Positions 1-9,268 of a stretch of DNA of 64,000 nucleotides are shown here, in pieces. Below the pieces are notes generated by a model. The model made no database searches and was not told the origin of the DNA. It saw only the letters and a list, made by a program, of their open reading frames with translations. The position numbers and the translations under genes were made by a program. This DNA is from a virus, in the IMG/VR virus record IMGVR_UViG_3300045988_079610; one strand, given 5' to 3'. Each line of letters begins with the position of its first letter. Position 1 is the stretch's first letter.

Positions 1-1
1 A

Positions 2-1189
2 ATAGTAAAAATAGATACTACTACAAAAACCGCTACTATTCAAACAGATAAAATATTTACTAGTGGTAATTGTGATGTTGAACTTGGTTGTTCTATTAAT
101 GGTTATGATGGAGAAATAGGTGTCGATACAGGTGGTAAATTCTATCAATGGTCAGTAGATAATGATGGAGACAATAATGAAGTTTGGCAAAGTCTTTATA
201 AATGTGTTCCTTATGCTAGAGAAATAAAAAGACATATTATTGGTATAGATAGAGCTTGTGTTCTTAATGTTGCTTTTAATGACACTAAATGGGGTTGGAT
301 TGGTAGTCTAGAAGCCAATACAGCTGTAAATGTTATTAATTATCATACTAATCTTAGAGGTGGAACTAATACTACTACTTTTGATGAATATTTAGGAGTT
401 GATTCTTTTAGATGTCAACTTGGTAAAGCTAGAACTAATATCCCTCTTGCTGCTATGAGAAGTTATTCTCAAAAAACTGATGGTGGACAAATGCTTTATA
501 AGCAAATTTGGGAAGCTATTGTTTGGAGTTATGTTATTGAATATGCAGATTTTGATGTAAAGAAAGCATATAACTCTGAACTTACTACTGAAGGTTATCA
601 TCAAGGAGGATTAGGTAATGGAGTTATAGGAGGAACTAATTTAAGCGATTATAACAATAATGAAAAGATTGTTCCTAATGATTATACACTTGAATTAGGT
701 AATAATACAGGTATTAAAACTAGAGCTGCTAGAGAAAATCAAATTGCTTGGAATATTCCTCATTGGAGAGGATTTAATGTTTTTTGGTATGGAGATATTT
801 GGATTAATATAGATAATATGTTGACTAAATATGATACTACTAAACAAAAAAGAATTTGGTATTATACAGATGACGTTTCTAAGTTTAGTAATAATATTAC
901 TAATAAAGAACATCAAATAGAAGGTCTTGGTAATGTAACTGAAAATTGGTTACAAGAAGTGAGAATAAATACTAAAGGAGATATAGTTCCTAGTAAGATA
1001 GTTAATAATGTTAATTATAAAAATTCTTATCATTGGAATTATACAGATAGTAGTATTCATACTACTTTTGCTGGTGGTAGGGCTTCTTATGGCTCTCGTT
1101 GTGGTCTTCTTTCTCTTTTTGCTAACCTTGGTACTGGTCTTGCTGGGTCTCATCTTGGGTTTGCTAAAGTTACAATTTTAGATATTTAA
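2..1189 (+). CDS. tail fibre / receptor-binding protein, C-terminal part (5' end upstream of window)
   Basis: Frame 2 is open from nt 2, with no stop before the listed ATG at 455; stop at 1187-1189. The product is G/N/T/W-rich with a C-terminal segment ...FAGGRASYGSRCGLLSLFANLGTGLAG..., which resembles lectin-like fibre tips. It heads a tail/virion gene block. Confidence 0.6.
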   Translation: MVKIDTTTKTATIQTDKIFTSGNCDVELGCSINGYDGEIGVDTGGKFYQWSVDNDGDNNEVWQSLYKCVPYAREIKRHIIGIDRACVLNVAFNDTKWGWIGSLEANTAVNVINYHTNLRGGTNTTTFDEYLGVDSFRCQLGKARTNIPLAAMRSYSQKTDGGQMLYKQIWEAIVWSYVIEYADFDVKKAYNSELTTEGYHQGGLGNGVIGGTNLSDYNNNEKIVPNDYTLELGNNTGIKTRAARENQIAWNIPHWRGFNVFWYGDIWINIDNMLTKYDTTKQKRIWYYTDDVSKFSNNITNKEHQIEGLGNVTENWLQEVRINTKGDIVPSKIVNNVNYKNSYHWNYTDSSIHTTFAGGRASYGSRCGLLSLFANLGTGLAGSHLGFAKVTILDI

Positions 1190-1530
1190 ATTTATTATTT
1201 AAATAAAAAATATTAAGTTGTACAAAGTATTTAACGTGTTGGTCTATAAGATGAAACTAATAATGGAATGATTATAGTTGGTGTTATAGTTTAAAATCAA
1301 GATAGTTATATACAAAGTATAACTTAATATTGTTTTTATAATAATAGAACTATTATATCTAAAGATGCTACTAAAGCTAAAACTAATAATTAATATAATT
1401 TATTTTTATTTATATGGCTCATTTTCGCTTTGTCTGTAAGTCTTTAATTATCAGAATGATTAATTATTCATCGAATGTTAATAAGACGATTTGTGTACGC
1501 ACACAGATAGTAATCTAACGACATCATGGA

Positions 1531-1562
1531 TTTGGATAAATGGTTTCAAAGTCTTACCTTTG
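1531..1562 (+). promoter_or_regulatory. candidate Bacteroides-type promoter TTTG-N20-TACCTTTG
   Basis: TTTG at 1531-1534 and TAnnTTTG (TACCTTTG) at 1555-1562 match the Bacteroides -33/-7 consensus and spacing. The site lies in a 580-bp spacer upstream of the 1771 gene. About one such match per strand is expected by chance in this window. Confidence 0.25.
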
Positions 1563-1712
1563 CCCTTACTAAAGGGACATCAAAAGACATCTAATAGATA
1601 AAGTTACTAATAGACTTATAGATGAAACTTTAAATGATAATAAGCCTCCTCGTTAAGAAGTTGATGATTACCTAAGTAATAGAGATAGAACTCAAGCCAA
1701 ACATCAACATTC

Positions 1713-1725
1713 TTCTACGGGGGGG
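1713..1725 (-). repeat. GC-motif copy 1, G-rich form on + strand: TTCTACGGGGGGG (intergenic, 46 nt upstream of ATG 1771)
   Basis: Read directly; G7 run at 1719-1725. Confidence 0.95.
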
Positions 1726-1770
1726 CTTTAATGTTTTATTAATATTCATATTACTAATAATGTTAAAGCT

Positions 1771-2457
1771 ATGGCTAGTATTGCAATGATGGTTAGTGAA
1801 TTAGCTCATTCTTTAGGTCAACCTAATAATCATGCTCTTAGAGAAAATCTTAAACTTCTAGTAATTCAAACTCGTAATGAAGTTATTAGAAGAAGTTATG
1901 AGAATCATGGTTATGTAGATAAAGGTCTTACTCAAAGATTTAGAGTTACTTTAACTGACGTTAATGATGGTGATATAGTTCTACCAGATTCTATTAAAGA
2001 TTTTGTTGCTATTGATAAAATTAAAAGAACTACTGAAAAAGTTCCTAGACCTGTTAGACTTACTAATAATCTTCCTTTTGATAGAGTTAGTTCTGTAGGT
2101 TATGCTAATAATAGAGAATTTCCTTATATTAAAGAAACTACTGCTAGATTTAGAAATTCTGTTCCTGGTCTTTGTGGTGCTATTAGTTACGATTATATTA
2201 ATGAATATATATATCTATATCCCCCCCGTAGAAGAGCTTTTGATTTACAACAAATAGTTATTGAGAGTTCTTTTGAACATCCAAATGAAATATCATTTAA
2301 TAATGGAGAAATAGATAATAATAATCTTATATATGATGATAATGAATATCTTATACCTGAAGATATGTATGGAACTATAAAAGATATTATTTATAAACGT
2401 GATTTATTAAATCAACATCGAGAAACTGATGAAACTCCTAATAGTATTAAATTTTAA
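1771..2457 (+). CDS. hypothetical virion/tail-associated protein
   Basis: 228-aa ORF, tightly packed with the following + strand genes. No recognisable motif. Confidence 0.75.
   Translation: MASIAMMVSELAHSLGQPNNHALRENLKLLVIQTRNEVIRRSYENHGYVDKGLTQRFRVTLTDVNDGDIVLPDSIKDFVAIDKIKRTTEKVPRPVRLTNNLPFDRVSSVGYANNREFPYIKETTARFRNSVPGLCGAISYDYINEYIYLYPPRRRAFDLQQIVIESSFEHPNEISFNNGEIDNNNLIYDDNEYLIPEDMYGTIKDIIYKRDLLNQHRETDETPNSIKF
2221..2234 (+). repeat. GC-motif copy 2, C-rich form on + strand: CCCCCCCGTAGAAG (codes PPRRR)
   Basis: Read directly; C7 run at 2221-2227. Confidence 0.95.
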
Positions 2458-2460
2458 GTT

Positions 2461-3402
2461 ATGAGTATTAAAGATAAACCAATAGGACTTCGAGAGTATT
2501 ATGAAAATGCTAAAGACATTTATACTAAAAAGAAAGAAGTTGCTCAATTAGATAATGATAGACTTGAAGAAGTTATAACTAGACAAAGAAATGATATTGT
2601 TAAATATTTGGATTTGTATAAACTTCCTATAGTTGATTATCCTGAATTTAGAGAAAATAAATATATTAATGGAAGGCTTTTAAATGCAGCTATAGGTCTA
2701 TATCAAGATAAAAGAATTGGTGCAGAAGTTAAAGGTGCTTGTTTTAAACTTTTAGTTTTAGCTAAAAATCAAGAAAAATATTATAATAATATTAAGATTA
2801 TTAATAAAGCTAACAAAGTACTTTCTCTTACTTATAAACAATATATTGCTATCATTAGAACCTTTTATAAAGAAGTTCATAAAAAACTTATTCTTGATGG
2901 TTATGGTTATGTATTTCATGGAACTATAGGTTGGGTTTGTATTAATAGAGTTCTTAATACTGATAAATGTCGTAAGATGCTTGACTTTGCAGCTACTAAT
3001 GCTAAAAAGAAAGAACTTAAAGCTAAAGGTATTAGACTTTATAATAAAGAAGAAGCTGAATGGTGTAAACGAAATAATATTCCTTATGATGGAGTTGATT
3101 ATAAAGTTTATAAGAAAGATGAATGTTGGTATCAATTTTGTCTAATAGGAAGTACTTGTAAAAATGCTTTAAGTTTATCTTTTACTCCTGCTGATAGTCG
3201 TCCTACAAAATATCATGGTGTAACCAATGATGATTTTATTAAACTATGTAATAATAATAAAGATAAGATTTTAAATTTAGATTTAGATATTAAAACTAAA
3301 CTTACTCTTTGTCTTACTGTTGATAAAATTCTTTATACTAAATTTATTAGAAATGAAAATCAAACAACAAATAAAGTTAGACCGACTTATAGGAAAAGTT
3401 GA
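2461..3402 (+). CDS. hypothetical protein (structural module)
   Basis: 313-aa ORF starting 3 nt after the previous stop. Confidence 0.75.
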   Translation: MSIKDKPIGLREYYENAKDIYTKKKEVAQLDNDRLEEVITRQRNDIVKYLDLYKLPIVDYPEFRENKYINGRLLNAAIGLYQDKRIGAEVKGACFKLLVLAKNQEKYYNNIKIINKANKVLSLTYKQYIAIIRTFYKEVHKKLILDGYGYVFHGTIGWVCINRVLNTDKCRKMLDFAATNAKKKELKAKGIRLYNKEEAEWCKRNNIPYDGVDYKVYKKDECWYQFCLIGSTCKNALSLSFTPADSRPTKYHGVTNDDFIKLCNNNKDKILNLDLDIKTKLTLCLTVDKILYTKFIRNENQTTNKVRPTYRKS

Positions 3403-4102
3403 TAATGACTTTAATATAAGTGAAAGTGATTGGATTCCTAGAGTTGCTGCTTGGACTATAGATGCTCTTTCTCAAATGAAATTACTTCCTATGGAACGTA
3501 AGAAAAGAACATTAGATGTTAAAGAAAGAATAGCTATATTTCCTTGTACTCTTAATGCTAAAGAAATTAAAGTATATGATTCCAATGGTTGTGAAATAAG
3601 AGAACTTAATAGTTCTACTTGTAATTGTAATTCAGGACTAAATAGTAATACTACTAATAGTTCTGAAATTGCTGTTTTTAGACCTGATGGTAATAATCCA
3701 GTAAATTCTATGAAAGTAGGAGGAATTGTAAATCCTGATAGTAATAGAAATTTTGTTATTGCTGGAAATAATATAGAACTTAATTTTGATACAGATAGTA
3801 TTGTAGTAGAAAGTTATGAAACTGCTACATATTATGATGAATATTATGATTGTGAAGTTCCTTATATATATGAAAATGGAATTTTACTTGAAGCTCTTGC
3901 TTGGTATATACTTTTCAAATATCTTAGTAGAGGAAGTACTCATCAAGTTTATAGTTTGAAAAGTAATAGTCCTGTTACTAATCCTTTTCTTCAGTGGAAT
4001 AATCTTAAAAGTAAAGCTATTGCTTCTGTTAAGAATGAAATTTATAATGCTGAAGGATGGAGAAATTTCTTTTATAATTCAACTTTTGACCCAAGAAGAT
4101 AA
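3320..4102 (+). CDS. hypothetical protein (structural module)
   Basis: 260-aa ORF. A likelier start is ATG 3353 (MKIKQQ...), which still overlaps the upstream gene by about 50 nt. Confidence 0.7.
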   Translation: MIKFFILNLLEMKIKQQIKLDRLIGKVDNDFNISESDWIPRVAAWTIDALSQMKLLPMERKKRTLDVKERIAIFPCTLNAKEIKVYDSNGCEIRELNSSTCNCNSGLNSNTTNSSEIAVFRPDGNNPVNSMKVGGIVNPDSNRNFVIAGNNIELNFDTDSIVVESYETATYYDEYYDCEVPYIYENGILLEALAWYILFKYLSRGSTHQVYSLKSNSPVTNPFLQWNNLKSKAIASVKNEIYNAEGWRNFFYNSTFDPRR

Positions 4103-4104
4103 TT

Positions 4105-7100
4105 ATGGAAATAATACCAAAACTTAATTTAAATAGAAATCCAAAAGATATTCCTAATAATAGTATCGTTGCTGCTAAAAATATGGTAGTAGATGATACT
4201 GGTAGTTATCTTACTAATGAATGGGGATTTGGTGTAGCATTTGAATGTCCTAATGATGGAGAATTTATTTGTGGAGTTGTACCTACAAATAAAGAGTTTG
4301 TTATATTTACTTATTGTACTACAGATAAAGTTTCTAGAATATATCGTAAAACTGATGTTTCTTCTTATGAAGTTAATATTGGTTGGAAATATTCAGGAGG
4401 AACTTTGGTTGGTTCTTATACTTATAATTATAAAGGAGAACTAATTATAGCTCTTGGTGAATATGATGCTGTCGGTTCAAATGGAGAAACTATACAAATT
4501 CCATATAAATGTTGGAATCTTGATAATACTATAAATATTAGTCATAATCAAGAACTTGAAATACCAAATTATACATTTAAATATGATATTGTAAATGGTA
4601 ATTTAACTTGTGCTGTTTATACATTTTTTATTAGATATGCTGTAAATGATTATGATTATACTAAATGGTTTCAAATAACTCCTGAAATTCCTATAATTCA
4701 ATCTATTCAAAAAGAATCTCCTACTCATGCATATTTACATGATGATAGTGTAGTAATGTTATCATCTGAAGGTTTTAAAGATTTTAATGTAAATACTAAT
4801 ACTATTTCTGATAAAGGAATAAATATTAGTATTACCAATAATCCATCTACTAATTTTACTAAATATCAAATAGGATATATAGTTAAAAGAGATGAAGAAG
4901 TTCTAGGAAGAATATTTAATACTTTTAATATTAATAATAAAAGTATTACTTTTAATAACAATGAATATATTGAAGAAATTTCTATAGATGATATTCTTAA
5001 ATCTCCTAATCAATTATATAATGTAAAGAATATTATTAATTATAATAATAGGATTTATATTGCTAATTATGAGGAATATAAAAATGAGAATTTAACTCCA
5101 AGTAATACAAATGTTCAAATAGGTACTTCTTTTACTGGTATAACTCATAATAAAAAAATAATTTCTGCTACTACTCATGATATTCAAATATCTATGAATG
5201 GTACTACTACTAATACAGATAATATAGCATTTAAATTATATGATTTAATTGATGAAGGAGAATATTATAAAATTGGTAATGTTAGTGCTTTTGTTACAAA
5301 TTATATAATTAAGACTATAAGATTATATAATAATCTTGGAGAAGCTATAGATATATATAATGATGCAAATATTCAACTTACAGATGAAGGTAAAAAGATT
5401 TGGAATAGTTGTAAAGAAAGTTATTCTTTAGTTATTTGTAGAAAAGGTGATAAACAAAATCCAAGTTATGCTCATGTATATAATTCTTCAAATCATAAAG
5501 TTGAATATATAAATTGGATTAAAATAAGAAAAAGTGATAGTGCTTTATTGTTTAATATTGCATTTAATGATGGTGTTGCTACTGTAAACTTTAGTGGTGA
5601 TGCTAATGGTAATTATAATGGTATTTTTTGGAATGTATATATTTATGGAACTTTTTATTTAAAATATACAGATAATGGAGTTGATATTGAGAAATATGGT
5701 TTAAATCCTGAAGATTGGAAAGGTCATTATGCTGGTTTTATTGGAGAAAATGTTTGGGATCCAAATGTTTATTTTAGAGTATATCCTTTAGGAGGTGCTA
5801 GTCCATCTTATTCTATAAAGAATGAAGAAAATACTATTGTTTTAAGTGGAGTTCTAGATGAATATTATAATACATTTATTCCTAAGCAAAAATATAACAT
5901 TTATATTCATTATATTAGAAAAGATAATTCTTATACTAATGGATATTATGTAGGTAATATATATTCAGATAATAGTGTTTCTATGAATGAAACTTTTAAA
6001 CCTATTATAAAGTTTAAATTTACAGTAGATAAAATTCCTAATGGATTTATAGGTTATTTCTTTTCTTATGAAGATGTTGATTATTCTGTTTCTCCTATAA
6101 TTGTATTAGATAAGTCTAATAGTGAACAATCAGGATTTAAAGACTTTAAAGTTACTAATAGTAGATTTATTTATGATAATGAAGCTATTACAGGAAGTAA
6201 TATGAAAGCTTTAGAATCTAAAGGTAATGGAAGTCTAAATTCAGAAACAGAGAAAACTTATGTTAGAAATCAATTAAATACTCCATATATTAATTATAAA
6301 CACGTTTCAGAAGATGCTAATTTAACTAAAAGTAAAGCTGGTATAATTTATGAAGATTCAGATAATGAGAAAGAAGTTAAAACTTTATATCGACTTACAG
6401 ATAATTATTATGATGTAGTTGAAGATGAAACTTCCGTAAATTATATTCCTAATTATTATACTAGAGAAAAAGTAATTTCTTTTAGAGATACTACTACTGA
6501 TGAAAATCTTATAGAATGTATAATTAATCCTACAGCTTCTTATGTTACTAATAAAGCAGGTGATAAAATAGCTTATAAAGTAAAAGCAGATTGTGGATAT
6601 AATTATTCTAAATATTTATTAGCTGCTAGTAGTATAAAACAAGATTATAATAAAGGAGCTGTATCTTTAGTTTCTAGTACAGGTAAAACTTTAGGTGTAT
6701 TTTATAATTCTGTTATATCTCCTGATAGACTTCATGATTTTCTTGAATTAAAAGGTGCTTATATTAGCAAACCAAGTAAAAGTTTTACAAATTATAATAA
6801 AGATTATATTGATAATTTTAATAAGACTATTCGTAGAAGTAATGTAATATCTGATGAAAGTCTTATTAATGGATTTAGACTATTTGATACTGAACAATAT
6901 AGAATGATTAAGGAGAATAAAGGAAATATTACAAATATTGTAGGTATTGGTCTTTATCTTCTTGTTCATACTGAATATAGTTTATTTGTATTTGATAGAA
7001 CTCCTAAACTTACTCAAAGTAGTCAACTTCAAATACCTGATGTATTTGATATAGATTATCAAGAAGTTCTTCCAGCTAATGAAGGATTTGGAGGTCTTTT

Positions 7101-9267
7101 AAATAAAGAACAATCTATTATTAGTAAAAATGGATATATATGGTACGATAGTGTAAATAAGATAATATTTAAATATGAAAATGGTAAAGCTTCTGTTTTA
7201 TCTTCTGATATTAATAATTTTATCAAAGATTTAAACATTAGTACTGTTGTTTTTGGTGAAGATTTGATTACTAATCGAATTATTATTTGTATTTATGTTT
7301 CAGTTAATAATAAGGATTATCCTATAACTATTAGTTATAATTTCAATACAAACACATTTATAAGTCTTCATGATTATAGTTTTACTAATTGTTATAGAAC
7401 TTATAATAAAGCTTATTTCTTTGATAGAAATAAAGATAGAAATAGACTTTATGCTTTTTATGAATCTGAAACAGGATATAAAAATCTTAGAAATAATGAA
7501 AGTCTTTATTATCCTTTGTATGAAAATAAAAATGAAACTAGTGGAAGTAAACCATTAAATCCTAGTCCAGGAGCTATTATAATTGTAGCAAATGTAGATA
7601 AAGTTGAAACAGTTGCTACATATCCTAATTTAATTAATGTAGATTTTAGATTACTTAATGTGAATATAGGTATTAGTGGTAGACAATATTTTTCTTTCTA
7701 TTTAGGTAATAGTAAAACTAATAAAGAAATAGTATCATATTATAATAATACTTATGGTTCTTCTATAATTACTATACGTTTTAAAAATACTGATTTTAAT
7801 AAAATATATGATTATGAAAATAATTATCTATATTATAAATCATATTTGACTGAAGATGATAGAGCAAAAGATGTTAATCCTGCTATTAGTAATTATATAG
7901 AAAATTCTAGTTCTTATAATCAATCACAACTTGTAGAAGTAGAACATCAAGATGATAAAGATATAATAAATGATAAAATAAATATATCTAAATTAAATGG
8001 TAGTCTTATAAATCCTATAAGTGTTGATTGGGAAGATTTAGATGGAAATAAGATTGGAGGTATAAAATATTTATCAATTAAAGATGATTTAATTATTACT
8101 AAAACTGCAACAAATTATAATGTTATTGTAAATAAAGGAAGTAAAATTATAAAAGTAACTCATGAAGATTATACTTTTAAAATTCCTACTGTTTATAGAG
8201 CAGAAAATAATATTATATTTAAAAATAATACAAAAGTTGGTCATGCTCCTATTAAATATGAATTTTATTTCATTGTAGATGATAATAACGAAATAAATAG
8301 TGATATAATTAAAACAATAAATAATTCTGCTGATGATACGGAACTTATTATAACAAATAAATGGGCTAATGGTTTAAAAATTTATTGTTATTTAGATAAT
8401 AAACTTGTTAAAACTATTAAAGCTATTACAGGTAATAATTTAAAATCTCCTATTGTAAGAATAACTGATAATAAAATAAGCATACATACAGATGACTTAG
8501 ATAATGATTATAAAACATATTATACTTTAGATGGTACAACTCCTACTAATGAAAGTAATATATATAATGAAGAAATAGAATTTGATGTAAATAAAGACAT
8601 TATTATCAAAGCTGTAAATTTATGGACTCCTAAACAAGGTCTTAATATTTATAGTAATGTTTCTACTTATAAATATTATGTACATTTAGATGACAAAACA
8701 TCATTAGAAAATATAATATATAGAACTAAAGCTCTAAGTGATAATGTTATTAAAAATTATGTAGATATTATTTATAATATAAATCCTGAACAAGCTAAAT
8801 CTCTTGAAAGTATTAATTATATACTTAATGAATTTAAAGTTAAATTTAATAGTATGAATCCTGCTGAACAATTACTTAATAGAAGATTTAGTGGTAATAG
8901 TATCATTTTATATACTGATGAAACTTATACAGGAGCTATAGACATAAATGATGGAGGAAATACAAATAATTATAATGCTTATAAACTTCCTACTTTTCAA
9001 AAAGGTCATTGGGAATTTAATTATTTTAGAGATAATTGTACCAATAGTCTTGAAAATGGAAAATTTAAAGCTCTTGTATTTAATAAAGATAAAAACGAAT
9101 ATGAACTTAAAGAAGTAACAGATAAAGACATAACTGAATTATATAATAAAATACATAGTGATAATAAATCTCTAATATATGGTAAATATATTGTTGCTAG
9201 ATTTATTTTTAATAATGATAAACGAATTAAATTTGAAGGAATTACATTTATAACTAATACGTATTAA
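4105..9267 (+). CDS. large tail / receptor-binding structural protein (1720 aa) with a chitobiase/hexosaminidase C-terminal-like (CHB_HEX_C) segment
   Basis: Uninterrupted 5.2-kb ORF. The segment YYTLDGTTPTNESNIYNEEIEF (nt 8518-8583) matches the Y-T-x-D-G-S/T-x-P-T signature of CHB_HEX_C-type carbohydrate-associated domains. Its position after the small tail genes fits a tail role. Confidence 0.85.
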   Translation: MEIIPKLNLNRNPKDIPNNSIVAAKNMVVDDTGSYLTNEWGFGVAFECPNDGEFICGVVPTNKEFVIFTYCTTDKVSRIYRKTDVSSYEVNIGWKYSGGTLVGSYTYNYKGELIIALGEYDAVGSNGETIQIPYKCWNLDNTINISHNQELEIPNYTFKYDIVNGNLTCAVYTFFIRYAVNDYDYTKWFQITPEIPIIQSIQKESPTHAYLHDDSVVMLSSEGFKDFNVNTNTISDKGINISITNNPSTNFTKYQIGYIVKRDEEVLGRIFNTFNINNKSITFNNNEYIEEISIDDILKSPNQLYNVKNIINYNNRIYIANYEEYKNENLTPSNTNVQIGTSFTGITHNKKIISATTHDIQISMNGTTTNTDNIAFKLYDLIDEGEYYKIGNVSAFVTNYIIKTIRLYNNLGEAIDIYNDANIQLTDEGKKIWNSCKESYSLVICRKGDKQNPSYAHVYNSSNHKVEYINWIKIRKSDSALLFNIAFNDGVATVNFSGDANGNYNGIFWNVYIYGTFYLKYTDNGVDIEKYGLNPEDWKGHYAGFIGENVWDPNVYFRVYPLGGASPSYSIKNEENTIVLSGVLDEYYNTFIPKQKYNIYIHYIRKDNSYTNGYYVGNIYSDNSVSMNETFKPIIKFKFTVDKIPNGFIGYFFSYEDVDYSVSPIIVLDKSNSEQSGFKDFKVTNSRFIYDNEAITGSNMKALESKGNGSLNSETEKTYVRNQLNTPYINYKHVSEDANLTKSKAGIIYEDSDNEKEVKTLYRLTDNYYDVVEDETSVNYIPNYYTREKVISFRDTTTDENLIECIINPTASYVTNKAGDKIAYKVKADCGYNYSKYLLAASSIKQDYNKGAVSLVSSTGKTLGVFYNSVISPDRLHDFLELKGAYISKPSKSFTNYNKDYIDNFNKTIRRSNVISDESLINGFRLFDTEQYRMIKENKGNITNIVGIGLYLLVHTEYSLFVFDRTPKLTQSSQLQIPDVFDIDYQEVLPANEGFGGLLNKEQSIISKNGYIWYDSVNKIIFKYENGKASVLSSDINNFIKDLNISTVVFGEDLITNRIIICIYVSVNNKDYPITISYNFNTNTFISLHDYSFTNCYRTYNKAYFFDRNKDRNRLYAFYESETGYKNLRNNESLYYPLYENKNETSGSKPLNPSPGAIIIVANVDKVETVATYPNLINVDFRLLNVNIGISGRQYFSFYLGNSKTNKEIVSYYNNTYGSSIITIRFKNTDFNKIYDYENNYLYYKSYLTEDDRAKDVNPAISNYIENSSSYNQSQLVEVEHQDDKDIINDKINISKLNGSLINPISVDWEDLDGNKIGGIKYLSIKDDLIITKTATNYNVIVNKGSKIIKVTHEDYTFKIPTVYRAENNIIFKNNTKVGHAPIKYEFYFIVDDNNEINSDIIKTINNSADDTELIITNKWANGLKIYCYLDNKLVKTIKAITGNNLKSPIVRITDNKISIHTDDLDNDYKTYYTLDGTTPTNESNIYNEEIEFDVNKDIIIKAVNLWTPKQGLNIYSNVSTYKYYVHLDDKTSLENIIYRTKALSDNVIKNYVDIIYNINPEQAKSLESINYILNEFKVKFNSMNPAEQLLNRRFSGNSIILYTDETYTGAIDINDGGNTNNYNAYKLPTFQKGHWEFNYFRDNCTNSLENGKFKALVFNKDKNEYELKEVTDKDITELYNKIHSDNKSLIYGKYIVARFIFNNDKRIKFEGITFITNTY

Positions 9268-9268
9268 T

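Noticed and set aside
1527-1595. 22-codon ORF (MDLDKWFQSLTFALTKGTSKDI) inside the 580-bp spacer.
   Set aside because: It is too short, overlaps the candidate promoter, and has no supporting signal.
6832-6839. Partial motif hits without the C/G run: CGTAGAAG at 6832, CGTAGAGA at 34450, CGTAGAAAAG at 34897, CGTAGA at 58504, TCTACG at 63130 and at 18672-18677.
   Set aside because: cgt-aga is simply an Arg-Arg codon pair in this genome's preferred codons. Hits of 6-8 nt are expected about once or more by chance in 128 kb, so they were not counted as family members.
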